Shown here: piece by piece, positions 41,440 through 54,867 of the stretch
Layout of the letters: each line of letters begins with the position of its first letter
How positions within the stretch are numbered: position 1 is the stretch's first letter
Source of the DNA: Antedon mediterranea
Taxonomy: Eukaryota; Animalia; Echinodermata
Reading direction: 5' to 3'
Length of the DNA: 64,000 nt
Assembly (NCBI RefSeq): GCF_964355755.1
Contig: NC_092674.1
Span: forward strand, 10,292,001-10,356,000
Position numbers and translations under genes: made by a program
Notes under the pieces: generated by a model
The model's input: only the letters and a program-made list of their open reading frames with translations
Told to the model about the DNA's origin: nothing
Database searches by the model: none

Positions 41440-41680
41440 AAGTCCGATATCACATACCACCAACTAGCCTTTGCATCTTATTCAACAAGGATCTCATGAA
41501 GCAAAGCAATGATTGTCCATGTTTAGTAAATTATAACACAACATAACACAAAAAATATATGCATCCGATATCACATACCATCAACGATCATTGCATCTTA
41601 TTTAACAAGGATCTCACGAAGCAAACCTATGATTTTGCATGTTTAGTATCTAGGCCTAACACAACATAACACAAAACAAT
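41440..41680. repeat. Diverged two-copy tandem duplication of about 120 bp
   Basis: tccgatatcacatacca...ttgcatcttatt.aacaaggatctca.gaagcaaa...aacacaacataacacaaaa occurs twice. Confidence 0.85.
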
Positions 41681-41864
41681 ATTTGTCTGAGCTGTCACGA
41701 TCCAGGACTTCCCCTCAGTAACTGTAACCAAATAGGAAACGAATTATTCCCATCACAAACAACCGGCTTTTGAGGGTTTTTATTCAACCATTGACCTTGA
41801 AGCACCAGGACACAAAGCAACATTACCAAGAATCCTGATATTCAAACAAAATTCTTGAGGATAA

Positions 41865-42495
41865 ATGTGAAAGAGTTCACAGGTGTGAAGAAAAGAGACT
41901 CGCTCAGATGAGTTTATAGGTGTAAAGAAGAGATATTCCTCGGATGTGAAGAAGAGAGAGTCCACAGGTTTGAAGAAGAGAGACTGCTCAGGGTTGAAAA
42001 AAAAAGAGATTCGCTCAGATGAGTTTATAGGTGTAAAGAAGAGATATTCCTCAGATGTGAAGAAGAGAGAGTCCACAGGTTTGAAGAAGACAGACTTCTC
42101 AGGGTTGAAGAAAGGAGACTCGCTCAGATGAGTTTATAGGTGTAAAGAAGAGATATTCCTCGGATGTGAAGAAGAGAGAGTCCACAGGTTTGAAGAAGAC
42201 AGACTGCTCAGGGTTGAAGAAAAGAGACTCGCTCAGATGAGTTTATATGTGTAAAAAAGAGATATTCCTCGGATGTGAAGAAGAGAGAGTCCACAGGTTT
42301 GAAGAAGAGAGACTGCTCAGGGTTGAAGAAAAGAGATGTGATCAGATGTGAAGAAGAGTTTACAGGTGTAAAGAAGAGATATTTCTCAGATGTAGAAAGA
42401 GATATTCTTATGGGGAAGAAGAGAGACTGCTCAGATTGAGAAGCATAGACAGAACCCACAGGTGAGAAGAAGAGAGTTGCTACAGGTGTAGAGAG
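41865..42495. repeat. Purine-rich higher-order tandem repeat of about 110 bp built from about 21-bp gaagaagagaga subunits
   Basis: tcgctcagatgagtttata recurs at about 41900, 42011, 42120 and 42229. Confidence 0.92.
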
Positions 42496-43254
42496 GCTGA
42501 ACTTACAACTGAACTACTATTTTATACTACAACTGGTTTTTGGCGAGGATTCATAGGTGAGGACTCACCTGGCAAACAATTGCAGCGATATTGATAAAAG
42601 CACTTAAACAGCTTTTAAGCCACTTCAGTATTCTTACCCGAACCCTTCAACGACGCAGATGCTGCATATCAATTAAAATTCAACTAACAACCAAAACATT
42701 TTCCAACTGTGCTAAACTGTATTATAGCATTTTTAAATGCCAGCTTTCTGAAACTTTAAAGATGCCTTTATGACAAACCTTAGTATAAAATATAATTATG
42801 CCGTCACGATTACTTGTCTGCTCTGTATGAAAGGCATAGTATCTATTCAGACACTTGCATACTGATTGACATGGTGTAGTGGTGAATTACCAGTTTTAAA
42901 TTTGTTAATTCTTAATTAAGGGTAGACCAAGTTCAAGATTTGTTTACTACAGTACAATACGCCTGGACTAATTAAAAAACCAAATTAATTTTAAGCAATG
43001 TCTATAGCAATACAAATTTTTCCATTATAAAATATCATAGTTTTTGGGAGATTTTACTGTATAACTTTCCAGTATAAATTTTCCTGAATATTTTTGCAGC
43101 CTCATATCTTGACATCTTTAGTCATTAATGTACAACAAAAGCAATAGGCACTTCCTGTTCTCAAGCAGTAAAATTTGATTAATTTGTATAACAGATTTTG
43201 ATGCTAGACAAATTGTCAATGATAACATAATTAAGATATTTTTTAGTATGAATA

Positions 43255-43500
43255 CAGAAGAATATAAAATCCCTCCTTTGGGATACCGATATTTAGAAGA
43301 CATTTTAAAACAATCAAGGGATAATGTTATAACAACACTACGGCCAACCCCTATTCAGGAGACACTCATAGGAACACTTTCCCATAAAACAAACAAGGGG
43401 AAATATGTTTTAACACTATCAGCCAACCTCTATTCAAGGAATGCTCCTTTTAAGGGACACTTTGTTGGGTTATGAAAGTGACACAGTAGTAGAATCCTTC
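43255..43500. mobile_element. Tigger/pogo-like MITE copy, longer form
   Basis: Shares ttcccat.aaacaaacaagggg.aaatat..tttaacacta..agcc.acc with 15720-15790, and has several ctattcagg/gggacac repeats. Confidence 0.6.
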
Positions 43501-45294
43501 CTACTACAGAACACCTGTAGAACAAGGTGACGTGGAAAGGAAATGACCACCACTAATACCAAGGCGTAGTACAAAGAGCTCCTAAGCTATGTTACATAGT
43601 GGTTGATTTTTGTTAGTGGTTATATTGCATAGTGATTGATTGTTACATTAGTGGGTGATACAACCTCAAGATGTATACTTACTGTATCTGTAGAGTTAAA
43701 CCACATCAACTATATGTGTATTTATTTTTGGTGCGGACACAAAATTTAGAGCAATTTGCAACAGCCATTAACAGGTCATGAAAGAGCCCTCCTTCTCATC
43801 ACATTTATGTTTTGTGTGTTGTTCTTAAAAATCCTAATAATATTATGCATTTCTAAATTTAGCTTGTTAAAATTAAGCATTTCAGATAATGGTTTGACCA
43901 AAGAAACTGTACAATTGGGAACCACTTATTTGCATTAGCAATTAGATTTACTCAAACATGGACGATACGTTATTTATCGTTGTCTAACGACACATTGGCA
44001 CCAGCATCTAAGTACTACAATTACATGTCTCATTTCACTACCTACTGTAGACCACCTATTAGTACTGTATGTATATTTATGCAATATATCAGAGAACAGA
44101 TATTTAAATTTAGCTGGTTAAAATTGAGCCTTTGGATAATGGTTTGATCAAGAAAAATAAAGGTTTAAAAACAGCAGAAGACTTGAATTGGTAGTATGTA
44201 CAGTATACAGGATCAAAGAATTCATTAAAATTGTACATTAAAAACAACAATAACAATAAATATTCTATTAAACTTGTTAAGTCTATTCAGTGTATAGAAT
44301 GCTTTACATTTTAGTCAGGCATGTGAAACAGAAGGATCAAAAGTTGAATGTGCCAGTACATTTGCCTGGGGCACTCGGAAGTTGTAGGCGTTTTTACTGT
44401 CAGTTCCTAATTTATGAAAACATTTCAACTGTAGGCCTATTTGAAATTGATATCAAGCCCATAAGCCAGGGAATTTGTAGGCTTCGAACAAACCACCTTC
44501 TTCCTCAAGTTTATAATAACAATGACATTTTTCTCTAAAGAAACACCTATCCCGATAAATACTGACAATCAAGCTCTTACTAATAATCCTTGCTAAAGGC
44601 TACGATTATTATATATACCATATGGTACTTTTACTAGGTAAAGTAGTTAAGAATGCATTTATTCATCATCACCTATGACCTCTAGAAATACTTCCAACTT
44701 GTCAACATATAATCTTGAATATATCATTGTTTGTAAATTCCTCATCATTACAATAAGGAACCTGTTCCACCTATCAATCATTTTATCAATTGTCACCCCA
44801 CAGGCTGTGTTGTTTTATTAGTAAAAACTGTCTCAAATCCAGACATCTTTTAATAAATGCCTGTCCAGAAATTGTATTAACAATTCATTTGAAAAATAGA
44901 CTTTCAAACCTCAAAAAGACCTATACTTGGTACTAATAAAGAAAAAACCCTAGGAGATGACTTCACTTCCTGTTGATAGTAAAACTAAAAGACCACATTA
45001 CCATTTTAGTAGAGGCCTACCGGTAGATGCAAATTTAATTGTTACCTCAAACTGAGATTATTGTAACATGGAAGTGCACTCATGGGGTTTGTCACACATT
45101 GATTGGATCCATTATTAAGTTTGTTGTGACTTGACTTGTCAATAACTATAGGGTCTACAATCACACTTGTCATCATAAAACAGATTGGACATCAGTCAAA
45201 CCTCTAAACTAACATGCAAATACACCTCTTTTGAAATTATGACAGAAAGGAAAAGAAGTGGGAAATAGGGGGAGAATTTTTAATGATCCCAAAA

Positions 45295-45400
45295 GAATCG
45301 TTCTACTACCATAACCACGGAGTGAGTGAGCCTCAAACCATTGCCGAAGCTATGGCTAGGTATTATGGTTGCACGTCTGTCTTAACCGCTTTGCTAAACT
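45295..45400 (-). mobile_element. Fragment of a tRNA-derived SINE 5' head
   Basis: ggagtgagtgagcctcaaacc..tgccga..ctatggcta...tgtcttaaccgct matches the SINE heads at 59920-60000 and 53975-54052. Confidence 0.75.
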
Positions 45401-45550
45401 GGCAAAAAGAAGAAAGAGTTGTGAAGAGAGAGGATTATACTATTATGTACTGTCTGATTACTTGCTGCAATACATTATCAATATTAAACCATAATAAAAA
45501 AGAATATTTGATTTTTTGGATACCAATATAAAGACAAAATGCCTAAATAA

Positions 45551-45712
<162 letters not shown>

Positions 45713-45893
45713 CACAGGTTAGAAATACTCAAAATATCATTTAATAGTTTAATAATTGAATGATGAATAAACCTGATGTTATTGTTAATGTAATAATCGT
45801 GGATTACTAAATAAAAATAAAGATTATTAAAATGATTGATTGGGTTGTACAGTAGTGTAATAGTAACATCAGAAACTGTAAGCATACAATACT

Positions 45894-47788
45894 CAGGGCT
45901 CGCAGAATCCTAAAATATTTGGTTGCCCTTCGGGCAAGTAGGTTTTGGATTTTGGTTGCCCTCATCATTTTTTTACTTGCCCACTATTTTAACTTAATTT
46001 TAACGTTTTATACCGCGACTGCACCGCGAAAAAACGTCGGTGAAAAACGCCTATGCTTAATACACTGTAGTGTTTTTTTCGATGGATTTTAAAGTAGTGA
46101 AAACAATTTTTCAAATTTTTTCAATTACACAGTGATGTAGGCCGATCTTTTAAGAAAATTTTACAGTAATTTATTTTCTCATACGATCCTCCGTACAAGA
46201 GTTGCGATTGTTTAATTAACATGGTGTCCTGAAATCCCTTGAAAACGCTATGTTATTTCTGTTGGTTACGCTTCGTTGCACGGCATTGTTTGTCATCGAT
46301 CGAAGATGTGTTCCGTTTCGTGAATGAATTCACGTGGGTTTACTTTGGGAGCAAAAACGTTTTGCTTCTATTGTGCAATGAAATTCCGAAATCAAGCTAT
46401 TTTGCGATATTTAAAATGTAGTGGCCTAGACATGGCACTAATTATCTTACAATTATTTAATAGATATATCTAAAATATTGCCTATAGAAATGTAGGCCTC
46501 CTAGGCCTAAAAAGTTTAAACAAAGTACTTATGAAGGTGATGAGCTTGTAACGCGTTGAAATCATAAAGAAAAAAAAAACAAACATCAACTGACGTCCGT
46601 CTACGTGACGTGAAACAATACGCATGCGTATAGCAAAAAACCTCACAGCAGCTGCCGTCCGTACGTAGTAGGAGCACATGGGTATGGTGTGTGGAGAGTG
46701 CGGGCTTGTGGAAGTTTACTTGTTGTTTCAGTAGAAGCTCGCACAGGTTGGATAAAAACAACCATCTGCTCGCACAAGTTGGTGATTGAAAACAACACAA
46801 GGGAACTGTGCCGAATTGTGGTGAAAACCACGTGCTCCGCCAAGTTGGAGTTTTTGAAAGTTCAACTCTCGGCGATACCCGAAGAAGTGTATTATTTTCA
46901 ATGTTGATAATAAAAAATATACTGTAACTATTTAAGTATTCAATGTATTTATTAAATAAATTATTAGGCCTATTAAATTTATATTCTGTAATATTTATAA
47001 AAAAATGGTAGGCCTACTTGCCTGTGTTAAAAACATCGGCCGCCGCCTATTTGGCACAGACAATTAATATTACGTATTTATTATAATTTAATAATATACT
47101 GTATTTTCAATACAACTGTACATTTGAACAATAATTACAGTAATTCAGCAAATGATTTATTACACACAAAATACATAACATGAATGTAATTAAACATGGC
47201 CTAATCTACTATAGTATCAGGCTAATACTAATTAATACTAAGTAGTAGATTCAGATTTTATTACCACCGTAAAATGATGTCGATAATTGAGAAAAACAAA
47301 AACATACTAGCCCCTATTTTATTTGGTTTATAGTATAACTAGGGAGTTGTTAATTAGAAACTCCCTGGTATAATAACTTCAAATAAGTTAAAAGCCGAGA
47401 GTTCAACGCTTCCTATTTCGCGATCAATGGATGCCGCAAGAGACCGCGTGCTATATGACAGACCTGGAAACTCTATACGCAACGACTTGATACGCCCGAC
47501 TGCATAGAAACACATGTTTTGGCTCCTGGAGATAACGTTCCATACCACCGAATTCCAATCCATACATTTACTTAACAAACACTACACTGGTCTCGACGTC
47601 AAGAGAATTCGTTCGTGCGCGACTATTATTTTCATTGTTACAGTTTTTCACAACCCCTGTAAAACATCGTGGACATTTTCGGTGATTTTAAGAGGTTGCC
47701 CGTCGGGACATGACATGTTAAATTTTAGTTGCCCGACGTATTTATTTGGTTGCCGCGGGACGTCGGGCAAGCGATTCTGCGAGCCCTG
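45894..47788. mobile_element. Non-autonomous hAT-like DNA transposon, 1895 bp, with a 6-bp TSD AATACT
   Basis: Perfect 16-bp TIR CAGGGCTCGCAGAATC; AATACT at 45888-45893 and 47789-47794; subterminal TTGCCC/GGGCAA motifs at both ends; CpG-rich interior. Confidence 0.88.
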
Positions 47789-48572
47789 AATACTGTTGTA
47801 TCTCAATCTCAAATATCGCTGACAATTATTCCCAGAGTAAGATTCTAATAAACCATTGTAACCAAAACCATTTACAATTCAATTCAATTCAATTCAACTG
47901 TTATTTCAGACAATTGTCTATATGGTATAATACATTACAACAAAAAAAAGGATGAAGGAGAGAGGACCAAAACTTTTACCTATTGGTATATAATGCCTCT
48001 CTCCATTGTAGTACATGTTTGAATCCATCAACAAATATTTATATACAAATTAACATTCTGTTTTCACTTGTCATTATTCTTGTAAGAAATCGGCAAGTCG
48101 AAATCCTCAAATATTTATAAAATGATGGAATATTGTTTTCCACAAACAAATTCCTCGCACTAACAAATCTGGGTTGTTCCAACAACATCCGGAAAGCATC
48201 AGAAACTGTAAAATAAATGTATGTCGTATTTCATAATCCTCATATGATATATACACCCTAATAAAACACACATTATAAAGTACAAGAATCATAAAATCTG
48301 CAAACATCTGAACCAGGTGGTATGGAAATAAAAAAAAACACTTTTGTTTCATAGACATGAATCACACAAATAAACGTAATTACACCGCAGAGGAATCGCT
48401 TGATTACACCGAACACAGCCATTAGTTATAAAGAAGCCGCTACGACTATTTCACAATAGGTTTCCTAACACTATTTATCTTATTTTTCTGCGATTGTAAA
48501 GCAATCAAATAGATTGGAAAAGGAAGGTAACATCATTTGCAAGGGATTCTTGAATGGGTTGCCATTAATTTA

Positions 48573-50700
48573 TCAATCTCTTTTACTTAAGTCATGTTAG
48601 TTAAGAAGTGCTTAAGTGAAAAACAGAAGCTTTATTTCTTTTTATAACAAGTCGCTATTAAAGTTAAGATGAATATAAGAAAAATATTTGTTTGTTATTT
48701 CAGTATACTTAAGTAAAATTATAAACATACAACTTACTTTTTTATTTGAGACTTACTAAGTACTTTAATTTAAAATAAATTTACTAAAAATATTATATTA
48801 TAATATAGGCTACAAACTGTAAACAGTAAAATTCTTTTCAAAATTAAATTACATGTATTTAATATTTTATGAAAGATAAATTATAAATAATTAATATGGT
48901 CTTGTAGTTACTACCCATGGTTTCTGTCCTTGATAATTGACCAAATTGGTATGCTCTTCTGACCTCCTAGGGTAAATCCAAATCATGTTTAATAGTGAAG
49001 TTGGCACACAGTACTAAACATCAGCAATTGTAATGTTGAACAAAAGTGCAGTAAACTCGGTTTTAATCATTTTCATGACATTTCAAATGTGAAACTGTCA
49101 AGATATTGGCATTTTCTCAGAAGTGCAGAAAGAGAAAATGAATGTAATTTTGCTGGTCAGCTGTAGATGAAATCAGCACCTCAAAAGTTTCCTGAATTAT
49201 CAATTTATTATATACATTTCTGCTTCAAAATTATTCAAACATCTGATTGCGTTCTAATTTTGTCAATACATTTCAGGATGATGTGCTAATGTATTTTAAA
49301 AAAAAAGTATGATTTCCTATAAAGAATTCTTGAGACATGATTTAACTATGTATCATTAATGTTTAAGATAAAATATGCATAACTGTATGCATTCGAATAT
49401 TCATTTTTTATTCTAATGATTCTCTGAACACATTCCATTGCTAACAAAACCATCAATCATGTCAGTAGTTAGGGATAGCAGTACTAACATTTAGCACATC
49501 GTAACATTCTACCTGACTTCATAGGAAAAGGAGAATGTGGATGGGGAGGGACAATGTTATGTATGTTCTCAATCTGTATTAACATCCTAATCATATCATC
49601 AACAACCTGCCAAAATATCTCCCTTCCTTTCAATATTCAATCTCTTTTACTTAAGTCATGTTAGTTAAGAAGTGCTTAAGTGAAAAACAGAAGCTTTATT
49701 TCTTTTTATAACAAGTCGCTATTAAAGTTAAGATGAATATAAGAAAAATATTTGTTTGTTATTTCAGTATACTTAAGTAAAATTATAAACATACAACTTA
49801 CTTTTTTATTTGAGACTTACTAAGTACTTTAATTTAAAATAAATTTACTAAAAATATTATATTATAATATAGGCTACAAACTGTAAACAGTAAAATTCTT
49901 TTCAAAATTAAATTACATGTATTTAATATTTTATGAAAGATAAATTATAAATAATTAATATGGTCTTGTAGTTACTACCCATGGTTTCTGTCCTTGATAA
50001 TTGACCAAATTGGTATGCTCTTCTGACCTCCTAGGGTAAATCCAAATCATGTTTAATAGTGAAGTTGGCACACAGTACTAAACATCAGCAATTGTAATGT
50101 TGAACAAAAGTGCAGTAAACTCGGTTTTAATCATTTTCATGACATTTCAAATGTGAAACTGTCAAGATATTGGCATTTTCTCAGAAGTGCAGAAAGAGAA
50201 AATGAATGTAATTTTGCTGGTCAGCTGTAGATGAAATCAGCACCTCAAAAGTTTCCTGAATTATCAATTTATTATATACATTTCTGCTTCAAAATTATTC
50301 AAACATCTGATTGCGTTCTAATTTTGTCAATACATTTCAGGATGATGTGCTAATGTATTTTAAAAAAAAAGTATGATTTCCTATAAAGAATTCTTGAGAC
50401 ATGATTTAACTATGTATCATTAATGTTTAAGATAAAATATGCATAACTGTATGCATTCGAATATTCATTTTTTATTCTAATGATTCTCTGAACACATTCC
50501 ATTGCTAACAAAACCATCAATCATGTCAGTAGTTAGGGATAGCAGTACTAACATTTAGCACATCGTAACATTCTACCTGACTTCATAGGAAAAGGAGAAT
50601 GTGGATGGGGAGGGACAATGTTATGTATGTTCTCAATCTGTATTAACATCCTAATCATATCATCAACAACCTGCCAAAATATCTCCCTTCCTTTCAATAT
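48573..50700. repeat. Head-to-tail duplication of a 1064-bp segment (48573-49636 and 49637-50700)
   Basis: Constant offset of 1064; I saw no differences by eye. Confidence 0.97.
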
Positions 50701-52959
50701 TATCTTTGAAGTTGCTAATCTTATATTAAAATTTTCATAGTCATATAGTCATATACTTTATTGTCCATTTAAAAAAACAGAAATGTGATTTGAAAACTGG
50801 CAAAATACAAAAATATAAATTTATAAATAAATTTTAATGCATTCAAATTACATTGCCGAATGTTGGCGTTAATTGTGAGGTTTGTCTACAACTTTATCAA
50901 CACAAACTAGAATTCTGAGAAAAGACTGATTTTTTTGTATTTAATTTGTAAACTGAAGTCCTTATACAGTAGCTGTGTGAGATTTTATTCTAACTTACAA
51001 TAGTAATGTGGATCAAACTTGCACTTTATGCCTGAAACATTGGTGATGATAACATCATAGTGAAGGTTACTTTGTATGTACTGTACTACTTTCAATAAAG
51101 GTATTGTTTCTTTTTGCCTCAATTTGTTTTAATGTAATCAGTAATTCAAACAATACATAATGCAACGGCGATAAATTTGAACCAAAATGAGATGAATACT
51201 ACCTTCACACTACAAATCACTCCCATGGGTTCAAAGTTGACACAATACTTTGAAACAAATAATTATTTGTGTAGGACAAGCTGTGCATTGACATATGGTT
51301 AACTTATAGGATTTGGACCTAGAACCATGGAATCATAGAATGAGTAAAATACCACTAAACAACAAATAAACAATTTACATATTAAACTATTGTATAATTC
51401 CAGGCATCAGTGCATTTCTACTGAAAAGTTCATTCAAATTAAAAAAAAACAGAAAATTGAAGTTGACATTATGTCATTTTACTTTTCTCTGCATAGGATT
51501 AGTTTACTGTTATTGTGTACAAATCCGGGCCAAAAAGAGCAAGTGAACCTGGGTCGCTGACAGCCAGGTCGTAAGAAAACAGAATTGTGTACCAGAAAAA
51601 AATGAACACACTAAAGGATGTGTTTTAAAACACAGATTTATACTATACATTAACAATAACAGTACTACAACAATTAGAATATAATATTTTACAGTCTAAA
51701 ATTCACTTCTATAATAATGAACTCGGGGGTTTTATTAGGTGTAAAAATGTTTTGCAATATAATTTTAAAACCTTTTAAACAAAATGAATGTTGTAAATCG
51801 TAAAATTTCAACTTACTTTTTTATAATACTTTATCAGAAAACATTAGAGAAGTCTGATAAGAAAAGTGTTATGTTAAATATAATCAAAACTGTTATCTTA
51901 TCTGTTTAATAATATTTTAGATTAAAATTCACAAGAATAAAAAAAATGTAATTTCAAGGGAAATCAAAGACATGGAAGCCCTGTTTCTGCTACATAATGT
52001 CGAATAACTGTTTATTTAAAAATGTAATTTTTATATTGACCGCATACCCACTTAAATCAGTGAGTACTTGAAAACTAAAATGCAATGTTCTCAGTCAATC
52101 ATTCACGATGAGTCCCGTAGTTGACAAAGGTCAATCAAATAAACCTGATTTTGCATTAAAAATTGCAGTGATAACCGGCTGGATGTTTTTTAAACATTAT
52201 TTTGAGAATGCTATTTAACTGGGTTTTGAAAATATGTTGCTTTTCTACAGCCAAGAAATTGGCGTTAATTTATTCATAGAGTTTAAATCAGATATTTTTT
52301 CACAATGGAAATAGTACAGTACAGTATGTAGAAGCAATTATGGCCTGTTTCTGCTGAGAGGAAATAAATGGTTAATAGTTAAATAGTGTGTGAATAAATT
52401 ATGTCCAGTTAGCAGAAGTAGTAGTAGAAATGGGACCACTATCAAGTAACAGGTTAAATAGCATTTTCTCAAATGCTCAGAATCATGAGCGCAGAGACGT
52501 AGTCGTGTCTCACGTCCTGAATAAAAAAATGGTACTATTTAGTATAAAAACACTGAATGCACTATTATTGTTGGATCACCATTTAAATCGTTATTTATTG
52601 TGTGGTGTTTTTTAGCTAACTGCATAAATGTAAAATAAATGTTATATGTAGGGGAAAATTTCATTTTAAAGTTTATAACAATATTTCAACTGAATGTTGT
52701 GCCTAAAAGTTAAAACATAGTTTTGTATTGTATTTTTTCTCTACAATTATAAATATGTATCATTTATCAATTAAGGTATTATTGTACAGCTTTTTGCCAT
52801 GCTACTGGTACTGGTGAAATTACTAAATGCATTTTTTATTCTAATACTTGAGCTTTTTTATCTAACATTTGTATCTACTTCTGTACATAATGACGTGCTG
52901 ATAGCCTTTTACAAAGTGTAACTAAATATTACTAAACAGACAGGAGATCACTCCATAGG

Positions 52960-53525
52960 CAACATGTGTTCTAGTCTGAACTCAAGTTTGGAATTCTATG
53001 AATGCAGGGAACAACTAAAATATGTCACATCTATAAGGACCTCTAGTTCAACCAACATATTATGCACATAATTGCAATGAATAACGAAATGTCACATGAA
53101 GAGCTCAATCAAGTTCAAACAACATATGATGCGTGAATGCAAGGGATAACTAAAATATGTCATATCTATGAGGACCTTTAGTTTAACCAACAATGCACAT
53201 GAACTAATAGTCACATTAGGACATCTAGTTCAACCTACATACATGAACAACTAAAATACTTCACAGGAGGAGGAACCTCCTCTAGTTCAACATATGAAAT
53301 TCATGAATTCATATGAAAAGAGCTCATCAAGTTCAACCAACATACAGTACGTACATGGACAACTAAAAGTCGCATACAGTAAGGACCTCTAGTTTAAGAC
53401 ACATAATGTTCATGAACAACTAAAATTTCACATCTATAAAGAATTTATCAAGTTCAAACAACATAATGCATGAACAACATATGTCACATCAATGAAGTCG
53501 ACCTAAAGTTCAAACAACATACACT
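52960..53525. repeat. Old, degenerate tandem repeat of about 55-65 bp (acaactaaaatatgtcacatctat.aggacctctagttcaaccaacat)
   Basis: agttcaa..aacat and caactaaaa recur about 9 times. Confidence 0.8.
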
Positions 53526-53759
53526 GACCGTCTTTGTGCTGAGTGGAGCATATAGGCAAAGTCACCTTCTACAGTACCCTAAACACATTTTATAACTTTT
53601 GACTCTTAAAGTTATCTATGTCACATTAATGAAGATTGTATTTCTGTACTGTAATAAAAACTAGCAAATATTTTTACCAGGGAGTTGGAGCTGTTAAAAT
53701 GTAATTTAAAGCAATACAATTCATGTCATTTTTTACCAAATGTTAATGTTGTCTCAATA

Positions 53760-54053
53760 CTCTGTGGACTTGCTTCTCCCTCAAGGGTCACACGCCATGT
53801 CGGTGATGCCAACTACTAATTCGTCTAGCCCACGACAGTGACTGTGTACGTATGAGTTAGTACACCAGGAACACCCTACTCGTCCCGAAAGATATACTAG
53901 GTTCTTTAAAGTGCACATAAGCATTATGTGTACACTGGATCTACATGGTTGACATGGTTTTGTACCAGCAGAACCATGGAGCGAGTGAGCCTCAAACCCT
54001 TGCCATAAGGCTATGGATTATGGCTTCACTGTATTAACAGCTTGGTCACTCAC
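53760..54053 (-). mobile_element. tRNA-derived SINE, older copy
   Basis: The head and the central block (ctactcgtc.cgaaagat.tactaggttctttaaagtgcaca...tgtgtacactgga) are shared with 59715-60001. Confidence 0.85.
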
Positions 54054-54373
54054 ATACTGTGTTTGTACACCATGCAATTAGCAAAAATGTGTACAATATA
54101 CACTATTCAAACTTTTTATCTTTTTAGATACCGGTACTTAGAAATAACATTTGATCAGATTATTTGAGTGTTGTAAAAATGTTGTTAACAGTATTATTGA
54201 TCTTGTAAATGATCACTGTAGCACTTAAAATTGCAATCTATTTAATGTGAGGGAAAGAATTATTATAATTTGCGCATGTGTTCAAATTAAGATAATTATT
54301 ACTATTGTTGGATGTAGAAATACACAAAATATCTAGTCAAATCTTAGTACTGTATCTATAATTTTTCCATAAA

Positions 54374-54771
54374 TCATACTGTTAAATTATAGAAACAGTG
54401 CTCATATTCAGAACATGTTCTCATAATTGCATCGAGCGTAGCTCATTGGCGAAAGTTCAGTATTTGTTTGTATGAAAAAATGTCTCTGGCGAGATTCGAA
54501 CCTGCGACCTCTCGCTTACAGGGCGAGTATCATACCACTAGACCACAGAGCCATATATGGTATTATGACAGATTTTCAACCACCAGATACACTGTCTCAT
54601 ACAACAAACGCCCTCACAATCAGAGGAGGCCTATTCTAGTCAGAATAAATTCCAAATTTAATACGCAACAGTTTTTAAAATAATATTGTGTATATGTCAA
54701 TCAATTTTGTTGCGTAGCACTGTGTAAATTATATAACTCATACTGTTAAATTATAGAAACAGTGCTCATAT
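54374..54771. mobile_element. Unclassified 398-bp element bounded by exact 34-bp direct repeats and containing a tRNA-like unit
   Basis: tcatactgttaaattatagaaacagtgctcatat at 54374-54407 and 54738-54771. Confidence 0.65.
54481..54552 (-). tRNA. tRNA-like sequence or pseudo-tRNA: tRNA-Pro-like body, TGT in the anticodon position, followed by a T6 Pol III terminator
   Basis: GGCTCTGTGGTCTAGTGGTATGATACTCGCCCTGTAAGCGAGAGGTCGCAGGTTCGAATCTCGCCAGAGACA. It has an A box, a B box, acceptor stem 6/7 paired, anticodon stem 5/5, one T-stem mismatch and C at position 33. Confidence 0.6.
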
Positions 54772-54867
54772 ATATTTTTCCAGTACCATAGGCGAATTCT
54801 GTAATACGGTATCACATGTTATGCATACCTACCGAAAATATAGCAATACAGTACAGAGAAGACTTAC

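Noticed and set aside
41780-42459. Lys/Arg-rich ORFs or zinc-finger linker relic
   Set aside because: This is a purine-rich tandem repeat whose frame changes between units, with no C2H2 Cys/His pattern.
54481-54552. Functional cytosolic tRNA-Thr(TGT) gene
   Set aside because: It has a Pro-like body, C instead of U33, and mismatches in the acceptor and T stems. I kept it only as tRNA-like.
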